This document shows, piece after piece, positions 30,538 to 40,924 of a stretch of 64,000 nt of DNA. The position numbers and the translations under genes are program-made. Below the pieces are notes generated by a model that worked only from the letters and a program-made list of their open reading frames with translations, did no database searches and was not told the origin of the DNA. Source of the DNA: Fidelibacterota bacterium (lineage in GTDB: Bacteria; Fidelibacterota; Marinisomatia; Marinisomatales; TCS56); NCBI GenBank assembly GCA_043822705.1, contig JBDRBK010000060.1, positions 1-64,000 of the forward strand, in the 5' to 3' direction. The stretch's first letter is position 1; each line of letters begins with the position of its first letter.

Positions 30538-30639
30538 AAAAACCTGCCATTTTCCCCGGTGGGTCGACTGACGGTCATCCGGTTCGAAAACGCTGGCAGG
30601 CAATGGGATAGAATATAGCGGAAACAGGAATATTGTCAA
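30538..30639 (-). promoter_or_regulatory. Sigma70-like promoter followed by a structured leader hairpin and U-tract
   Basis: Minus strand TTGACA-N16-TATATT, then gcctgcca...tggcaggt-tttt. Confidence 0.5.
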
Positions 30640-30655
30640 GAGGGACGGTGATAAT

Positions 30656-31639
30656 TCAGCCGGAATAAATACGCCAGATACTGAATCCAAAATACAGAAA
30701 TAACAAAAACAGACCTTCCCGCCAGACGATTTTCCGTCTGTCGGTGATGCATAGGGGCAGTAAAAGAAATGCCAGAAATACCATCATCACCAAATCTTGT
30801 ATTCCTTCCGCCGCCGGAACGGGGATCGGCCGCAGGGTCGCGCCGATGCCGTTAATGAAAAGCAGATTAAATATATTCGACCCGACGATATTGCCGATGG
30901 CGATATCGGTCTGACCTTTCCAGGTGGCGATAACCGACGTAACCAGTTCCGGCAGACTGGTACCGACGGCGATTACCGTCAGTCCGATGATGACCCGTGG
31001 CACATGCAGCGATTCAGCCACAGTCACTGCGGCGTCGACGGCCAGTTTACCGCCGGCAACCAGGAGAACCAGCCCGGCGATAAACAGAAACAGGTTGTAG
31101 GTAATTTTTCCGGAGCTTTTTCCCGCTGATATTTCCTCGGCCTGCATAAGCAGCGGGTCCGCTTTCCTTTTTCGAATGACATCGCCGATCGTATAAAACA
31201 GAAAGACACAAAATATCAGAAGAAAAACCAATCCGTCCGAACGATCAAAAGTGTTGGGGGAATTACGCAGGAAAATATCCATCCCGGCCACCAAGGCGAT
31301 CAGGGAGGCCAGCAACATCATCGGGATTTCCCGCGTTATAATGATCCCTTCGATGGCCAGTGGTTTGATCAGGGCCGCAATTCCGATGATCAACCCGATA
31401 TTGGCGATATTGGAACCGATTATATTGCCGAAAGCAATTTCCGTGTTGCCCTGAACGGCGGCCAGCAGGGTAACCGAAAGTTCCGGAGCGCTGGTCCCGA
31501 AAGCGACGATCGTCAGACCGATTACCAGCGGGGAAACCCGCAGGCTTTTAGCCAAAGCGGAGGCGCCGCGAACCAGTAATTCGCCACCGCCCAGCAGCAG
31601 GGCGAGGCCTGTCAGCAGGATTAAGAGTTGAATCAGCAC
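30656..31639 (-). CDS. Ca2+/Na+ (cation) antiporter, YrbG-like
   Basis: Duplicated alpha repeats GTSAPEL/GTSLPEL and GNIIGSN/GNIVGSN. Confidence 0.93.
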   Translation of the reverse strand: MLIQLLILLTGLALLLGGGELLVRGASALAKSLRVSPLVIGLTIVAFGTSAPELSVTLLAAVQGNTEIAFGNIIGSNIANIGLIIGIAALIKPLAIEGIIITREIPMMLLASLIALVAGMDIFLRNSPNTFDRSDGLVFLLIFCVFLFYTIGDVIRKRKADPLLMQAEEISAGKSSGKITYNLFLFIAGLVLLVAGGKLAVDAAVTVAESLHVPRVIIGLTVIAVGTSLPELVTSVIATWKGQTDIAIGNIVGSNIFNLLFINGIGATLRPIPVPAAEGIQDLVMMVFLAFLLLPLCITDRRKIVWREGLFLLFLYFGFSIWRIYSG

Positions 31640-31782
31640 TGGATTTTGCTTGGAAAATTGCTTGTGAATTTACATTATTCCGGATGGCCGGATTTATTTG
31701 GTTATATTATACGATTATTGCCGGGCTTCCCGTCGAAAATCAGTATGCCAGTATTTTCACCGGGTTGATTCGTGCAGTCCGG

Positions 31783-32253
31783 TTAAATATATCTTCTCAC
31801 ACGCTGCCGGTATTTTATATATTGTTCCGCAAATCGATTTTCAAGGAATTTTTCTTCACCGAGGATTATCCGGTGATAAATCACAATACTGTATATCCCA
31901 AAAATTAAAACCGGGAAGTTTTTGAGATAGAGTACCGCTGACAGCGTCAACAAATTAAAACCCAGGTACATCGGGTTACGGCTGATTCTGTACAGGCCAT
32001 TTGTTTTGAACGCAGTGGTGTCACCGGGAATACCCAGGCAGGTGGATTTCCCCAGGTTTATCAGGCTGATGACCGTGAATGTCAGTCCGATGAACAGGCC
32101 AATTACAGTAATCCACTTTTGCAGACTCATTGTGATTGTCCAACCAGTGGATAACAGTGCCTGCAGCAGCAGAATCCATAGTACATAGCCGGAAATTTTC
32201 CCGGAGTAAAATAGCAGGGGGTTGATGGTCGCTTTCCCGATAAGATTTTTCAT
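31783..32253 (-). CDS. Isoprenylcysteine carboxyl/phospholipid methyltransferase family protein
   Basis: GLYRISRNPMYLG, EE..L...F...Y..Y...V.RY. Confidence 0.85.
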   Translation of the reverse strand: MKNLIGKATINPLLFYSGKISGYVLWILLLQALLSTGWTITMSLQKWITVIGLFIGLTFTVISLINLGKSTCLGIPGDTTAFKTNGLYRISRNPMYLGFNLLTLSAVLYLKNFPVLIFGIYSIVIYHRIILGEEKFLENRFAEQYIKYRQRVRRYI

Positions 32254-32423
32254 TTTTTACCTCAATTGACTTGTTGTGCTGGCTGAATAATTATTGTATC
32301 CGAGACTATGTCAATTTAAGACTCCATAAGGCTTTGGAAGATAATATTTGTTAGTGGCAGCGACCGCTGTTTTCACCATCCAATTTCCATTTAACAATTG
32401 CCTACATTTCCGTACCTTTAACC

Positions 32424-33521
32424 ATGACAAATTTTACCGGAATTGCACTATTTGTAATTGGATTTATCAGCGGGGCGATCGTGATCTGGCTGGTCCGCCA
32501 GCGGGAGCTGAAATCAGTTGCCGCCAGTCAGAAGCAGTTGGAGGACGCCTTTGGCAGCCTCTCCCGGGAAGCACTCGACGCCAACCAGAAAACCTTTCTG
32601 GAACTGGCCCGGTCGCAATTCGATAACCTGCTCAAATCGTCGGACAATCAGTTGGACGAAAAGAAAAAGTTGATCGATGGCACGATCAATGATATGAAAA
32701 CCCAACTGGAAAATTTAAATCGTCAGACCTCGGCCCTGAAAGGTTCCCTGGAGGAATCCCAGCAGGGCATTTCCCGGCTCACCGACACCACCGGTCAACT
32801 GCGCCAGATTCTGTCCAGTTCCCAGGCCCGGGGGCAGTGGGGCGAGCGGATGGTCGAAGATATCCTCAATTTTATTGGCCTGGTGGAAGGCATCAATTAT
32901 TCCAAACAATCCATGGAGGGGAGCAACCGGCCTGATTATACTTTTATCCTGCCCCACGACAAGCGGATCAACATGGATGTTAAATTTCCCCTGGTCCACT
33001 ACGAACGCTACCTCACAGCCGAACAGGACGATCAGCGTGAGAACGCCAAAAAGCAGTTTCTCAACGATGTGCGCGGCCATATCAAGGCGATTGCCAAACG
33101 CGATTATATCGATCCTGCCGGGGGGACCGTCAATTACGTCCTGCTGTTTATTCCCAATGAAAGTATTTATTCATTTTTGAACCAGGCCGATACGGAATTG
33201 ATCGATTTTTCCCTGTCCCAGCGGATCATTCTGTGCTCGCCGATCACCCTGTATGCCGTGCTGTCGCTGATCAGGCAGGCAGTGGACAGTTTCGCCATGG
33301 AAGCGCGGGCCGGCGAGATGCAGAAACTGGTCCAGGAATTCAAACAGCAGTGGGGGAAATTCAATGAAAAAATCGATTCACTGGGAAAATCATTGACCGC
33401 CACCCGTAACCATTTCGAAGATTTAGCCACGACCCGCACCAACAAGCTGCAAAAACCGATGGACAAGATCGCCGATCTGCAACTGGCGCCGGGTTCCGAA
33501 CCGGAATTATTGGAGGAATGA
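32424..33521 (+). CDS. rmuC: DNA recombination protein RmuC
   Basis: N-terminal TM helix, coiled coil, RGQWGE, RPD, DVKFP, LFIPNE. Confidence 0.9.
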   Translation: MTNFTGIALFVIGFISGAIVIWLVRQRELKSVAASQKQLEDAFGSLSREALDANQKTFLELARSQFDNLLKSSDNQLDEKKKLIDGTINDMKTQLENLNRQTSALKGSLEESQQGISRLTDTTGQLRQILSSSQARGQWGERMVEDILNFIGLVEGINYSKQSMEGSNRPDYTFILPHDKRINMDVKFPLVHYERYLTAEQDDQRENAKKQFLNDVRGHIKAIAKRDYIDPAGGTVNYVLLFIPNESIYSFLNQADTELIDFSLSQRIILCSPITLYAVLSLIRQAVDSFAMEARAGEMQKLVQEFKQQWGKFNEKIDSLGKSLTATRNHFEDLATTRTNKLQKPMDKIADLQLAPGSEPELLEE

Positions 33522-33522
33522 C

Positions 33523-33957
33523 GTGAAAATTCAAGGGATTATACTTATTTTGTTTATTAGTCTGATTGTGCTGGTTGGCACCGCCTGCGTCGGCCCGGCC
33601 GAGCCGGACGACGGATTACTGGAGAACCTGACAGCCGTCGTCAATACCGCAACCGCCTTTACGCTGCATCTCAAGGCCGATGAATATACCTTTGACGAAG
33701 ACTATACCCTGTCAATGACTTACACCGATACCAACGCCGTGCTTTCAAAGGTGTTGCTGGTGGAGAACTACACCAAACCAGATTCGGCATACATTTATTT
33801 TTACCGGGCCGACAACACCTTGCTGACGGCTTGGGTCATCGGTGGTGCCGAAATGCGTGTTGAGACTGACTCGGTAAAACATTTTGCGCCCAAGAAAATC
33901 AAATTCCAGGGTGAAAAATTCACCGGTGTGATTGAATTCATCCTGGCCAAGGATTGA
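33523..33957 (+). CDS. Hypothetical lipoprotein
   Basis: Signal peptide with GTAC lipobox; operonic spacing. Confidence 0.6.
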   Translation: MKIQGIILILFISLIVLVGTACVGPAEPDDGLLENLTAVVNTATAFTLHLKADEYTFDEDYTLSMTYTDTNAVLSKVLLVENYTKPDSAYIYFYRADNTLLTAWVIGGAEMRVETDSVKHFAPKKIKFQGEKFTGVIEFILAKD

Positions 33958-33974
33958 CCGGCGGTCGGCCAGCA

Positions 33975-34703
33975 ATGATTATCAAGTCGATTCCGCTGCT
34001 GCTGATCCCGGTCCTGATAATGGGAGGAACGATGGATAATTATCAGACCGACCGCCTGCAATCGACGGCCGGCGTCATTGAAATAACCGCCATCGGCCAC
34101 GCCTCGCTGCAGTTACGGCTGGCCGATAAGGTCATCCACATCGATCCGGTCCTGCGTGAAGGCGATTATGCCACCCGGCCGAAAGCCGACCTGATCCTGG
34201 TCACACACGACCATTTTGATCACCTGGATTCCGACGCCATCAACCTGGTCCGGACTACCGCCACCCGCCTGGTTTATACGGCCGGTTGTGCGGCACGGAT
34301 GCCGGGAGGAACAGTCCTGGCAAATGGCGCCACGATGGATTTGGGCTGGATTCACATCGAAGCCGTGCCGGCCTACAACATCAAACATCTGCGGGCCCCG
34401 GGGCAGCCGTTTCATCCCAAAGGTGTGGGCAACGGCTATGTGCTGACACTGGGGGACAAGCTGATCTACATCGCCGGTGACACCGAAGATATACCCGAGA
34501 TGCGTGAGCTGAAAAATATCACTATCGCCTTTCTGCCGATGAACCTGCCCTACACGATGACCCCGGAAATGGTGGCTGGTGCCGCCCGTGCCTTCCGGCC
34601 GGCGATCCTGTATCCCTACCATTTCGGCAACAGCGATCTGCAGCAACTGGTCAAACTGCTGGCAGACCGGCCCGCAATTGAGGTGCGACTGCGGGATTTC
34701 TAA
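33975..34703 (+). CDS. Metallo-beta-lactamase fold hydrolase
   Basis: GHAS, IDP, THDHFDH, AGDT, PYH. Confidence 0.88.
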   Translation: MIIKSIPLLLIPVLIMGGTMDNYQTDRLQSTAGVIEITAIGHASLQLRLADKVIHIDPVLREGDYATRPKADLILVTHDHFDHLDSDAINLVRTTATRLVYTAGCAARMPGGTVLANGATMDLGWIHIEAVPAYNIKHLRAPGQPFHPKGVGNGYVLTLGDKLIYIAGDTEDIPEMRELKNITIAFLPMNLPYTMTPEMVAGAARAFRPAILYPYHFGNSDLQQLVKLLADRPAIEVRLRDF

Positions 34704-34798
34704 GCCGGCGATCCGGCGCCTCGAAAAATTCGTATTGTTAACCGGATACCTTCCGGTGGCCGGTGTAAACCGGAAGGTTGTAAAATAAGGGAGGTCTT

Positions 34799-35779
34799 AT
34801 GCCGGGAGCCAACAAAAACGCGATTCCCCGAATGCTCACTTTTTACTTTTTACTGATCACTCTCGTTTTATCCCAGCCGGGACCAGTGGCTACTTTTTCG
34901 ATCGTGGCCGCCGATACGGCCGCCGGCGAATTGGGCATCGCCGTGGCTTCACGCTTCTTCACCGTCGGCAATGTGGTTCCCTGGGCCAAAGCCGGAGTGG
35001 GGGCGGTAGCGACCCAGTCCTTCGCCAATACCAGTTTCGGCTGGCGCGGGTTGGACCTGCTGGAACAGGGGACCGCCCCGGATGAAGTGGTCGCGATCCT
35101 CATACGCAACGATGATAATCCCACCCGGCGTCAGTTCGGGGTGGTGGCTGCCGATGGCCGATCGGCGACCTACACCGGCGAAAACTGCCTGGACTGGGCT
35201 GGCGGCCGCAGTGGGTCCTGTTATGCCGTGCAGGGCAATATTCTGGCCGGTGAGGCGGTCGTAGCGGCCCTGGAGAAAACCTTTCTATCCACGACGGGGA
35301 CGCTGGCGGAACGGTTATACGCCGCCCTGATTGCCGGTGAAGCGGCCGGCGGTGATTCCCGCGGGAAACAGTCGGCGGCGCTGCTGGTGGTGAAGGCCGG
35401 CGCCGGCTATGGCGGATATACCGACCGGGCCATCGATGTGCGTGTGGACGATCACGCCGAACCGTTCGTGGAACTGGGTCGGATTTTGGCGATTGCCCGG
35501 ATGAACTACGCCTGGAACGAAGCCTGGACGCTGTTCATGCAGAAACGGCCGCAGGAGGCGCTGCCCCACATCGAACGGGCCGTCGGCCTCGATCCGGACT
35601 ACCCGGAACTGCTGTACGATCAGGCGGTGATTCGCCTGGCAGCCGGGCAGCCCAAGGCTGCCCTGGAGGCGTTGGAGCAGTGCCTGAAACTGAATCCGAA
35701 ACTGAAAACCCAGGCCGCCGTCGACAACGACCTGGAACAATTACGTGCCGATTCGGCTTTCCGGAAATTGATCAAATAG
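34799..35779 (+). CDS. DUF1028 (Ntn-hydrolase-like) protein with C-terminal TPR
   Basis: TFSIVA after signal peptide, GAVATQS, QGNIL, GGDSRGKQSAA, RVDDH; TPR-like tail. Confidence 0.85.
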   Translation: MPGANKNAIPRMLTFYFLLITLVLSQPGPVATFSIVAADTAAGELGIAVASRFFTVGNVVPWAKAGVGAVATQSFANTSFGWRGLDLLEQGTAPDEVVAILIRNDDNPTRRQFGVVAADGRSATYTGENCLDWAGGRSGSCYAVQGNILAGEAVVAALEKTFLSTTGTLAERLYAALIAGEAAGGDSRGKQSAALLVVKAGAGYGGYTDRAIDVRVDDHAEPFVELGRILAIARMNYAWNEAWTLFMQKRPQEALPHIERAVGLDPDYPELLYDQAVIRLAAGQPKAALEALEQCLKLNPKLKTQAAVDNDLEQLRADSAFRKLIK

Positions 35780-35799
35780 CCGGCGCTGACGCTCCCGGT

Positions 35800-38790
35800 T
35801 CAGTCGCGGTCTTCCCAGGCCGGGCAGAGCAGTTCCTTATAGTCGCACCAGTCGCAGTGCATCCCTTTTTCGGGGTCGAAGCGGCGCTGGTTGATACCAC
35901 CCACGACTTCCCGGATTTTATTCAGGAATTCATCCAGTTCGGCAACGCTGAAACGATGGGAAAATTCCGGTTCTGCCTGGCGCAGGAATAACAGCGAAGC
36001 TTTCTCCGGCAGGCCCCCCGGTTCCCGGTCGCTTTGCCGGGCCAGGAACAAGCAGTAGACCGCTAACTGCAGGCTGTCCTTCGGTTCGCTGGGTTTCTTG
36101 CTGGTTTTATAGTCGACCACCCCGATACCGGCGCCCTCCCGGTCGATCCGGTCGATCTTGCCGCGGATTGTACAGAAATCCAAGTCGAATTTGAATTTGT
36201 ATTCCGTTTCCAGAACCTGCGGCGGACTTGCCTGAAAGTAGCGGAAATAATTCTTCAGGATTTCCACGGCCTGTTCGCGGAAACTCAGCTCACGGGACTG
36301 GTAGTCGAAGCCTTCCGATTGCCAGAAGCGGTCCAGCAATTCCAGCAGTTGCACTTCGGTGCCGTCGCCCTCGCGGTGGAAATGCTCCAGCACCTGGTGG
36401 ATGATATTGCCGAAGGTGAGTTGCGGCTTGCTGGCAGTCTCGGGCACGTTGTCGATATAACCGAGGCGGTATTTGAGCGGGCAGGCGGCGTAGGTCTCGA
36501 TGGCGCTGGCGGAAAGGACCGGATGGGCCGGCACCTCCGGCAGTGGCTGGCCGGCCAGTTTTCCCTGCAACTCACGTTCCCAGTCGGTCGAGCCCCAGGC
36601 GATTGATTCGCCGCGGGTCACGGCGGTCAGCTGTTCCAGCGCTGCGATCAGATCCCGGGCCGTGTCAAACTGATCCTGGGACAGGGCGGCGTTCAGCCGT
36701 TGTTCATAGGCGACGCGCAATTCATTGTAAACATCCTGGCCGTTGTCGGCAATTACTGGTTCCATCACGATTCTCCGGGTCAACTCGGTTGGGATTTCCT
36801 TGATAAACGGTGAGCAGCGTTTTTCCGGGGCCAGCAGGATCAGTCGTTCCCGCGCCCGCGTGATCGCCACGTAGAACAGCCGCCGTTCCTCCTGGCGGTG
36901 CAGATCTTTCGACGGCAGATCGACGGTGCCGGCGAACGGCTGCCATTCCGGCGGTGGTTCGGCCGTCAGCCGGTCCGGCCGGTAATTCAGCGGGAAACGC
37001 TGGCTCTGGTTGTAGGGCACGATCACTACCGGGTATTCCAGTCCCTTGGCCTTGTGGACGGTCTGCACGGTGATCGCCGCCAGGTGCGCTGGCCGGGGCG
37101 GTTCCATTGCCGGGATCGCGTCGGCCCGTTGCAGTGTCGCCATGAAGCGCAGGAAGCGTTCCAGTGAATTGTCATTATAATGACGGCGGCTGAATTCCTG
37201 GGCACGGGCGATCAGATCGCCGACGTTGGTCAGGGCGATCTGGTCGGTGTATTCGTAGCGGCGGGCATAGGGGCGCAGCAGGGCCGTCGCCCGGAAGATT
37301 TCCCAGACCATTTCGCCGGCGGTTTTACGGCGCTGTTGCAGATGCTGCCGGAGGTCGTCGATCCGGCGGATCAGGTCAATCACTGGTTGCGGCAGCTGTG
37401 CCGGGTCGTCGGCTAAATCCCGCAGCAGGCGCAGGCGGCTGGTCAGGTCACGCCGCGAATAGGCGCCGTACAGGCTCCGGGCGGCGGCGGGTCCGATCGT
37501 CCGGATCAGCAGGCGATAGAGGGCATTGTCGGCCTGGGGACCGTCGGCGACCACCTGGCACCAGGCCAGCAGGTCACGGATCACCGGCAAGTGGAAATAA
37601 TCGGTCAGGAAAATGCTCACCGGCAGATGAACCCGCTGCAATTGCCGGGCGGCTTCCCGGGCCTGGGCGCGGGTGCGACAGAGTACGGCGATATCACCGA
37701 AGGCCCGGCCCTGGGCGAGTAATTCGTCGATGATCGCCGGCAGATTGCCGTTCTGCGTGGTGGTGTCGCCGATGTACAGCAGCGGCCGGTCACCCGTCGG
37801 CCGATGCGGATTGACCAGCGTCTTGGGCTGGCGGCCGTGATTATTGGCGATCACAACGTTGGCGGCGTTCAGGATCGGCTGGACCGAGCGGTAATTCTCT
37901 ACCAGGGCGATTTCACGGTAATCAGTAAAGGCCCGGTAGCGGGCCTGGAAATCCTGGATATTATAAGCACTAGCCCCCCGGAAGCTGTAAATCACCTGAT
38001 CGTCGTCGCCCACAACGGTGATGCTGCCCCGGTTTTCAGCCAGTTTGCCAATGACGGCATTCAGGGCGAAATTGTTATCCTGAAATTCATCGATGATCAG
38101 ATGCCGGTAGCGCTCCTGGAGTTGTACCAGGATGGCGGGATCGTCCAGCAATTGCTGGCAGAGCTGGATCATGTCACCGTAATCCACCAGGCCTTCGGCC
38201 CTTTTCCAGTCCTGGAAGATACCATACACCCTGGTCAGGTCCTGTAACTGGGCAGCCGGTTCCTCTGATTCATCGTCACTGCCGCTGGGAACTGATTGCC
38301 GGGCGGGATCGATCAGGGCGTCGCGCAGGTGGTTGAAGAACGGCAGGAACGAATTGCTCACGGTCCGTACCGGGTCCTGTGGGAATTCCCGCGACTCGAA
38401 CGGCGCCAACTCGTCGAAACGATCCAGCAGCATAAATAGGGCGTCGCCTTCCTCCATCAATACCGGCGGCCGCTCCGGTTGGAAAGCGAATTCCCGCACT
38501 ACGCCGTAGCAGAAAGCATGGAAAGTGCCGACGGTCAGTTTTTCGGCGGCGGCGCCGATCTCGGCAATGATCCGGTTTTTCAGTTCATCGGCCGCTTTTT
38601 CAGTGTAGGTAATGACCAGCAGATTTTCAGGCGCCAGCGCGTAATGCTCGATCAGATGGATTATGCGCTGGATCAGGGTCGTGGTTTTACCAGTTCCGGC
38701 CCCGGCGATTATCATCAGCGGCGCCGGCGGATGGGTGATCGCCGCGGACTGGGCGGTGTTGGCGGTGAAGTCTCCCCGTGAATATGGCAT
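35800..38790 (-). CDS. UvrD/PcrA-like SF1 helicase fused to a PD-(D/E)XK (AddB/Cas4-like, Fe-S) nuclease
   Basis: AGAGTGKTT, IDEFQD, EERRLFYVAITRAR; GKIDRID..DYKT, QLAVY; Cys in ACPLKY plus CDWC...C. Confidence 0.9.
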   Translation of the reverse strand: MPYSRGDFTANTAQSAAITHPPAPLMIIAGAGTGKTTTLIQRIIHLIEHYALAPENLLVITYTEKAADELKNRIIAEIGAAAEKLTVGTFHAFCYGVVREFAFQPERPPVLMEEGDALFMLLDRFDELAPFESREFPQDPVRTVSNSFLPFFNHLRDALIDPARQSVPSGSDDESEEPAAQLQDLTRVYGIFQDWKRAEGLVDYGDMIQLCQQLLDDPAILVQLQERYRHLIIDEFQDNNFALNAVIGKLAENRGSITVVGDDDQVIYSFRGASAYNIQDFQARYRAFTDYREIALVENYRSVQPILNAANVVIANNHGRQPKTLVNPHRPTGDRPLLYIGDTTTQNGNLPAIIDELLAQGRAFGDIAVLCRTRAQAREAARQLQRVHLPVSIFLTDYFHLPVIRDLLAWCQVVADGPQADNALYRLLIRTIGPAAARSLYGAYSRRDLTSRLRLLRDLADDPAQLPQPVIDLIRRIDDLRQHLQQRRKTAGEMVWEIFRATALLRPYARRYEYTDQIALTNVGDLIARAQEFSRRHYNDNSLERFLRFMATLQRADAIPAMEPPRPAHLAAITVQTVHKAKGLEYPVVIVPYNQSQRFPLNYRPDRLTAEPPPEWQPFAGTVDLPSKDLHRQEERRLFYVAITRARERLILLAPEKRCSPFIKEIPTELTRRIVMEPVIADNGQDVYNELRVAYEQRLNAALSQDQFDTARDLIAALEQLTAVTRGESIAWGSTDWERELQGKLAGQPLPEVPAHPVLSASAIETYAACPLKYRLGYIDNVPETASKPQLTFGNIIHQVLEHFHREGDGTEVQLLELLDRFWQSEGFDYQSRELSFREQAVEILKNYFRYFQASPPQVLETEYKFKFDLDFCTIRGKIDRIDREGAGIGVVDYKTSKKPSEPKDSLQLAVYCLFLARQSDREPGGLPEKASLLFLRQAEPEFSHRFSVAELDEFLNKIREVVGGINQRRFDPEKGMHCDWCDYKELLCPAWEDRD

Positions 38791-38950
38791 GGGTGAAATT
38801 AAGTCGGCGCGCCGCAAACGGGGAACTGTAAAAGTTGACTGGTTCAGTGCGATGCTTAATATAGGACGGCTGGGAAGGAAGGGACGTCGAAGGTCAGGTT
38901 ATCCAGAGATTTGGCGTTTCCGCTCTTAGCTCTTTGCTTGGGTAGCCCCC

Positions 38951-39328
38951 TCAACCAAGCCAGTCCAGGGCGGCCGCTTCTTCCGTGAAGCGCTGGCAGT
39001 TGTAGCCGGCATTCAGAAATACCGTCTCGATGAAATTATGGGAAATATCGTCGGGAGCGGTCAGGATTGCTACCCGGGTGGTCTTGTCCAGATCTAAAAT
39101 CTTCATGTCGGAATAGGCGAAGTTATATAATTCAGCAAAGGAGGCCTGATTAAATACCCGGGTGACATCGACCAGGTATCTGGTCAGATTATTCTGCTGG
39201 GCCAGCCGGATCGCTTCCCGGGCGAACTCACGCTGGACTGTGTATGATATTGGTGTCGATACGTCGATCCGGATGATCTTCCCCCTGATAATCCCAATGA
39301 CATATCCGTCATTTATTTTATCGGGCAT
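38951..39328 (-). CDS. Hypothetical protein (STAS/SpoIIAA-like)
   Basis: LVD.T, RVAIL, F.ETV..NAG, F....AALDWL pattern. Confidence 0.6.
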   Translation of the reverse strand: MPDKINDGYVIGIIRGKIIRIDVSTPISYTVQREFAREAIRLAQQNNLTRYLVDVTRVFNQASFAELYNFAYSDMKILDLDKTTRVAILTAPDDISHNFIETVFLNAGYNCQRFTEEAAALDWLG

Positions 39329-39438
39329 CAGGTACGAGTATAACCCGCAGGAGAAATAAAAACAAGCGACTGGTTAAAATAAGCGCGACCGGTGGTTGGC
39401 GATTTCGCTCCGATCTTTCATTATCAGAAAAAAATATT

Positions 39439-39465
39439 TAACCTTTCACAGTTCCATTGGTCTAA
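39439..39465 (+). promoter_or_regulatory. Candidate autoregulatory ECF-sigma promoter
   Basis: TAACCT-N16-TCTAA, resembling sigmaE GAACTT-N16-TCTRA, just upstream of the sigma gene. Confidence 0.45.
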
Positions 39466-39479
39466 TTGGACGTAATTGC

Positions 39480-40013
39480 ATGAAAACCGATCATGAAATC
39501 ATTAAATCATTTCAGGCAGGCAATCGCAGCGCATTCGATGAACTGGTACGCCGTTACTTGTCGCTGGCGTTCGGTTTTTTTGCCGGTATCACCGGCGACC
39601 GGATGGCGGCCGACGATCTGGCTCAGGAAGCTTTTCTGCGCATCTACAAAAATCTGGGGAAGTTCCGGTTCGAAGCCGAATTCAGCACTTACCTCTACCG
39701 GATCAATCTCAATCTGGCCAGCAGCTATCTCCGCCGGAACCGCTGGAGAAATTTCCTGCACCTGGACCAGGCTCCGGAACCGGTTGCTGCCGGGCCAGAG
39801 AGTGAATCCGATTGGAACCGGCGGCAATTATGGAATGCCGTGGCGCGTCTGCCCGGCAAACAGCGGCAGGTCGTGATCATGCGGATTTCGCAAGAATTGC
39901 CGTTCCGCGATATTGACCAAATTCTGGATATTGCCGAAGGAACAGCCAAGGTCAATTATCAACATGCCGTCCGCCGGCTGAAACAATTACTGGAAAAAGA
40001 AAATGGATTTTGA
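39480..40013 (+). CDS. ECF RNA polymerase sigma factor
   Basis: AFDELVRRY, DDLAQEAF, FSTYLYRI, LP.KQR, GTAKV. Confidence 0.92.
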   Translation: MKTDHEIIKSFQAGNRSAFDELVRRYLSLAFGFFAGITGDRMAADDLAQEAFLRIYKNLGKFRFEAEFSTYLYRINLNLASSYLRRNRWRNFLHLDQAPEPVAAGPESESDWNRRQLWNAVARLPGKQRQVVIMRISQELPFRDIDQILDIAEGTAKVNYQHAVRRLKQLLEKENGF

Positions 40014-40383
40014 ATCAAAATTAGCAAAACTGTCGGCCGATCCGGTCGCGGTGCCGGACAGTGCTGATTTCATCGCCCGGCTGCATACCCGCCAGATTGA
40101 ACAGGCCAATATGCGACAGAGTCGGCGCTATGGGGCAATGGCGGCGCTGTTGTTGGTCACCGTTCTCTTGATCGGCCGGTTCCAGCTCAATAACACCCTG
40201 GACCGGCTGGTTGGTCTCGACGCCGCCTACCTGACGCAGGAGGAACGGCAGTCGTACGACCGTTTTATCGACGATGCCGCTCTGTATTTAATCAGCGAAT
40301 CAGAAGATGTCTGGGCTACAGTCGAATTTTTCGGGGAAATCGACTATAAACCGGCCATCGCAACCCTGGAGCAACCATTATGA
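40003..40383 (+). CDS. Probable anti-sigma membrane protein
   Basis: Overlaps the sigma gene; single TM helix. Confidence 0.55.
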   Translation: MDFESKLAKLSADPVAVPDSADFIARLHTRQIEQANMRQSRRYGAMAALLLVTVLLIGRFQLNNTLDRLVGLDAAYLTQEERQSYDRFIDDAALYLISESEDVWATVEFFGEIDYKPAIATLEQPL

Positions 40384-40883
40384 GGATATTTATTTTGATC
40401 ATTGCAATGACCATCGCGACCGCGCAGAATGTTCCGGTGGTCGATCCGGAGCCGAATGCCGAAAAAATGGAACTGATGGCCACCTGGCGGATGACGGAAT
40501 ACCTGAAATTGACCAGTGAACAGGCCCAGGTCCTGTTTCCGTTGCTGCGCGAACAACGCGAACGGACCGCCGAACTCAACCGCCAGCGGCGTGAACTGGG
40601 CAAGGATCTGTTGGATCGCGCCGAACGCGGCGAGGATATTTCCAATACGGAATTCCGGTCGATGCTGGACAAGATTTCCACGCTGGAAAAGCAGAAAATC
40701 GAATACCAGACGGAATACCTGAACAGCCTGCAAGGCAAACTGACCAACCTGCAGCGCGTCCGGCTGATGATGTTTGAGGAACGTTTTCGAAAGGAATTGC
40801 AGCAGAACATCAAGCAGCAGCGTGATGTTCTGGATCGTCACCGGCGGTCCATGGGCCCGGATATAAAGTCGCGCCGGAAATAG
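40380..40883 (+). CDS. Spy/CpxP-like periplasmic helical protein
   Basis: Signal peptide; LKLTSEQ and LTNLQR LTxxQ-like motifs. Confidence 0.65.
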   Translation: MRIFILIIAMTIATAQNVPVVDPEPNAEKMELMATWRMTEYLKLTSEQAQVLFPLLREQRERTAELNRQRRELGKDLLDRAERGEDISNTEFRSMLDKISTLEKQKIEYQTEYLNSLQGKLTNLQRVRLMMFEERFRKELQQNIKQQRDVLDRHRRSMGPDIKSRRK

Positions 40884-40924
40884 CGGAAATAAATTATTCG
40901 TATTAATTACAGAAAGGTTTTGAA

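Noticed and set aside
35800..36500. Cas4 gene
   Set aside because: It is the C-terminal nuclease domain of the UvrD fusion, with no CRISPR-Cas context.
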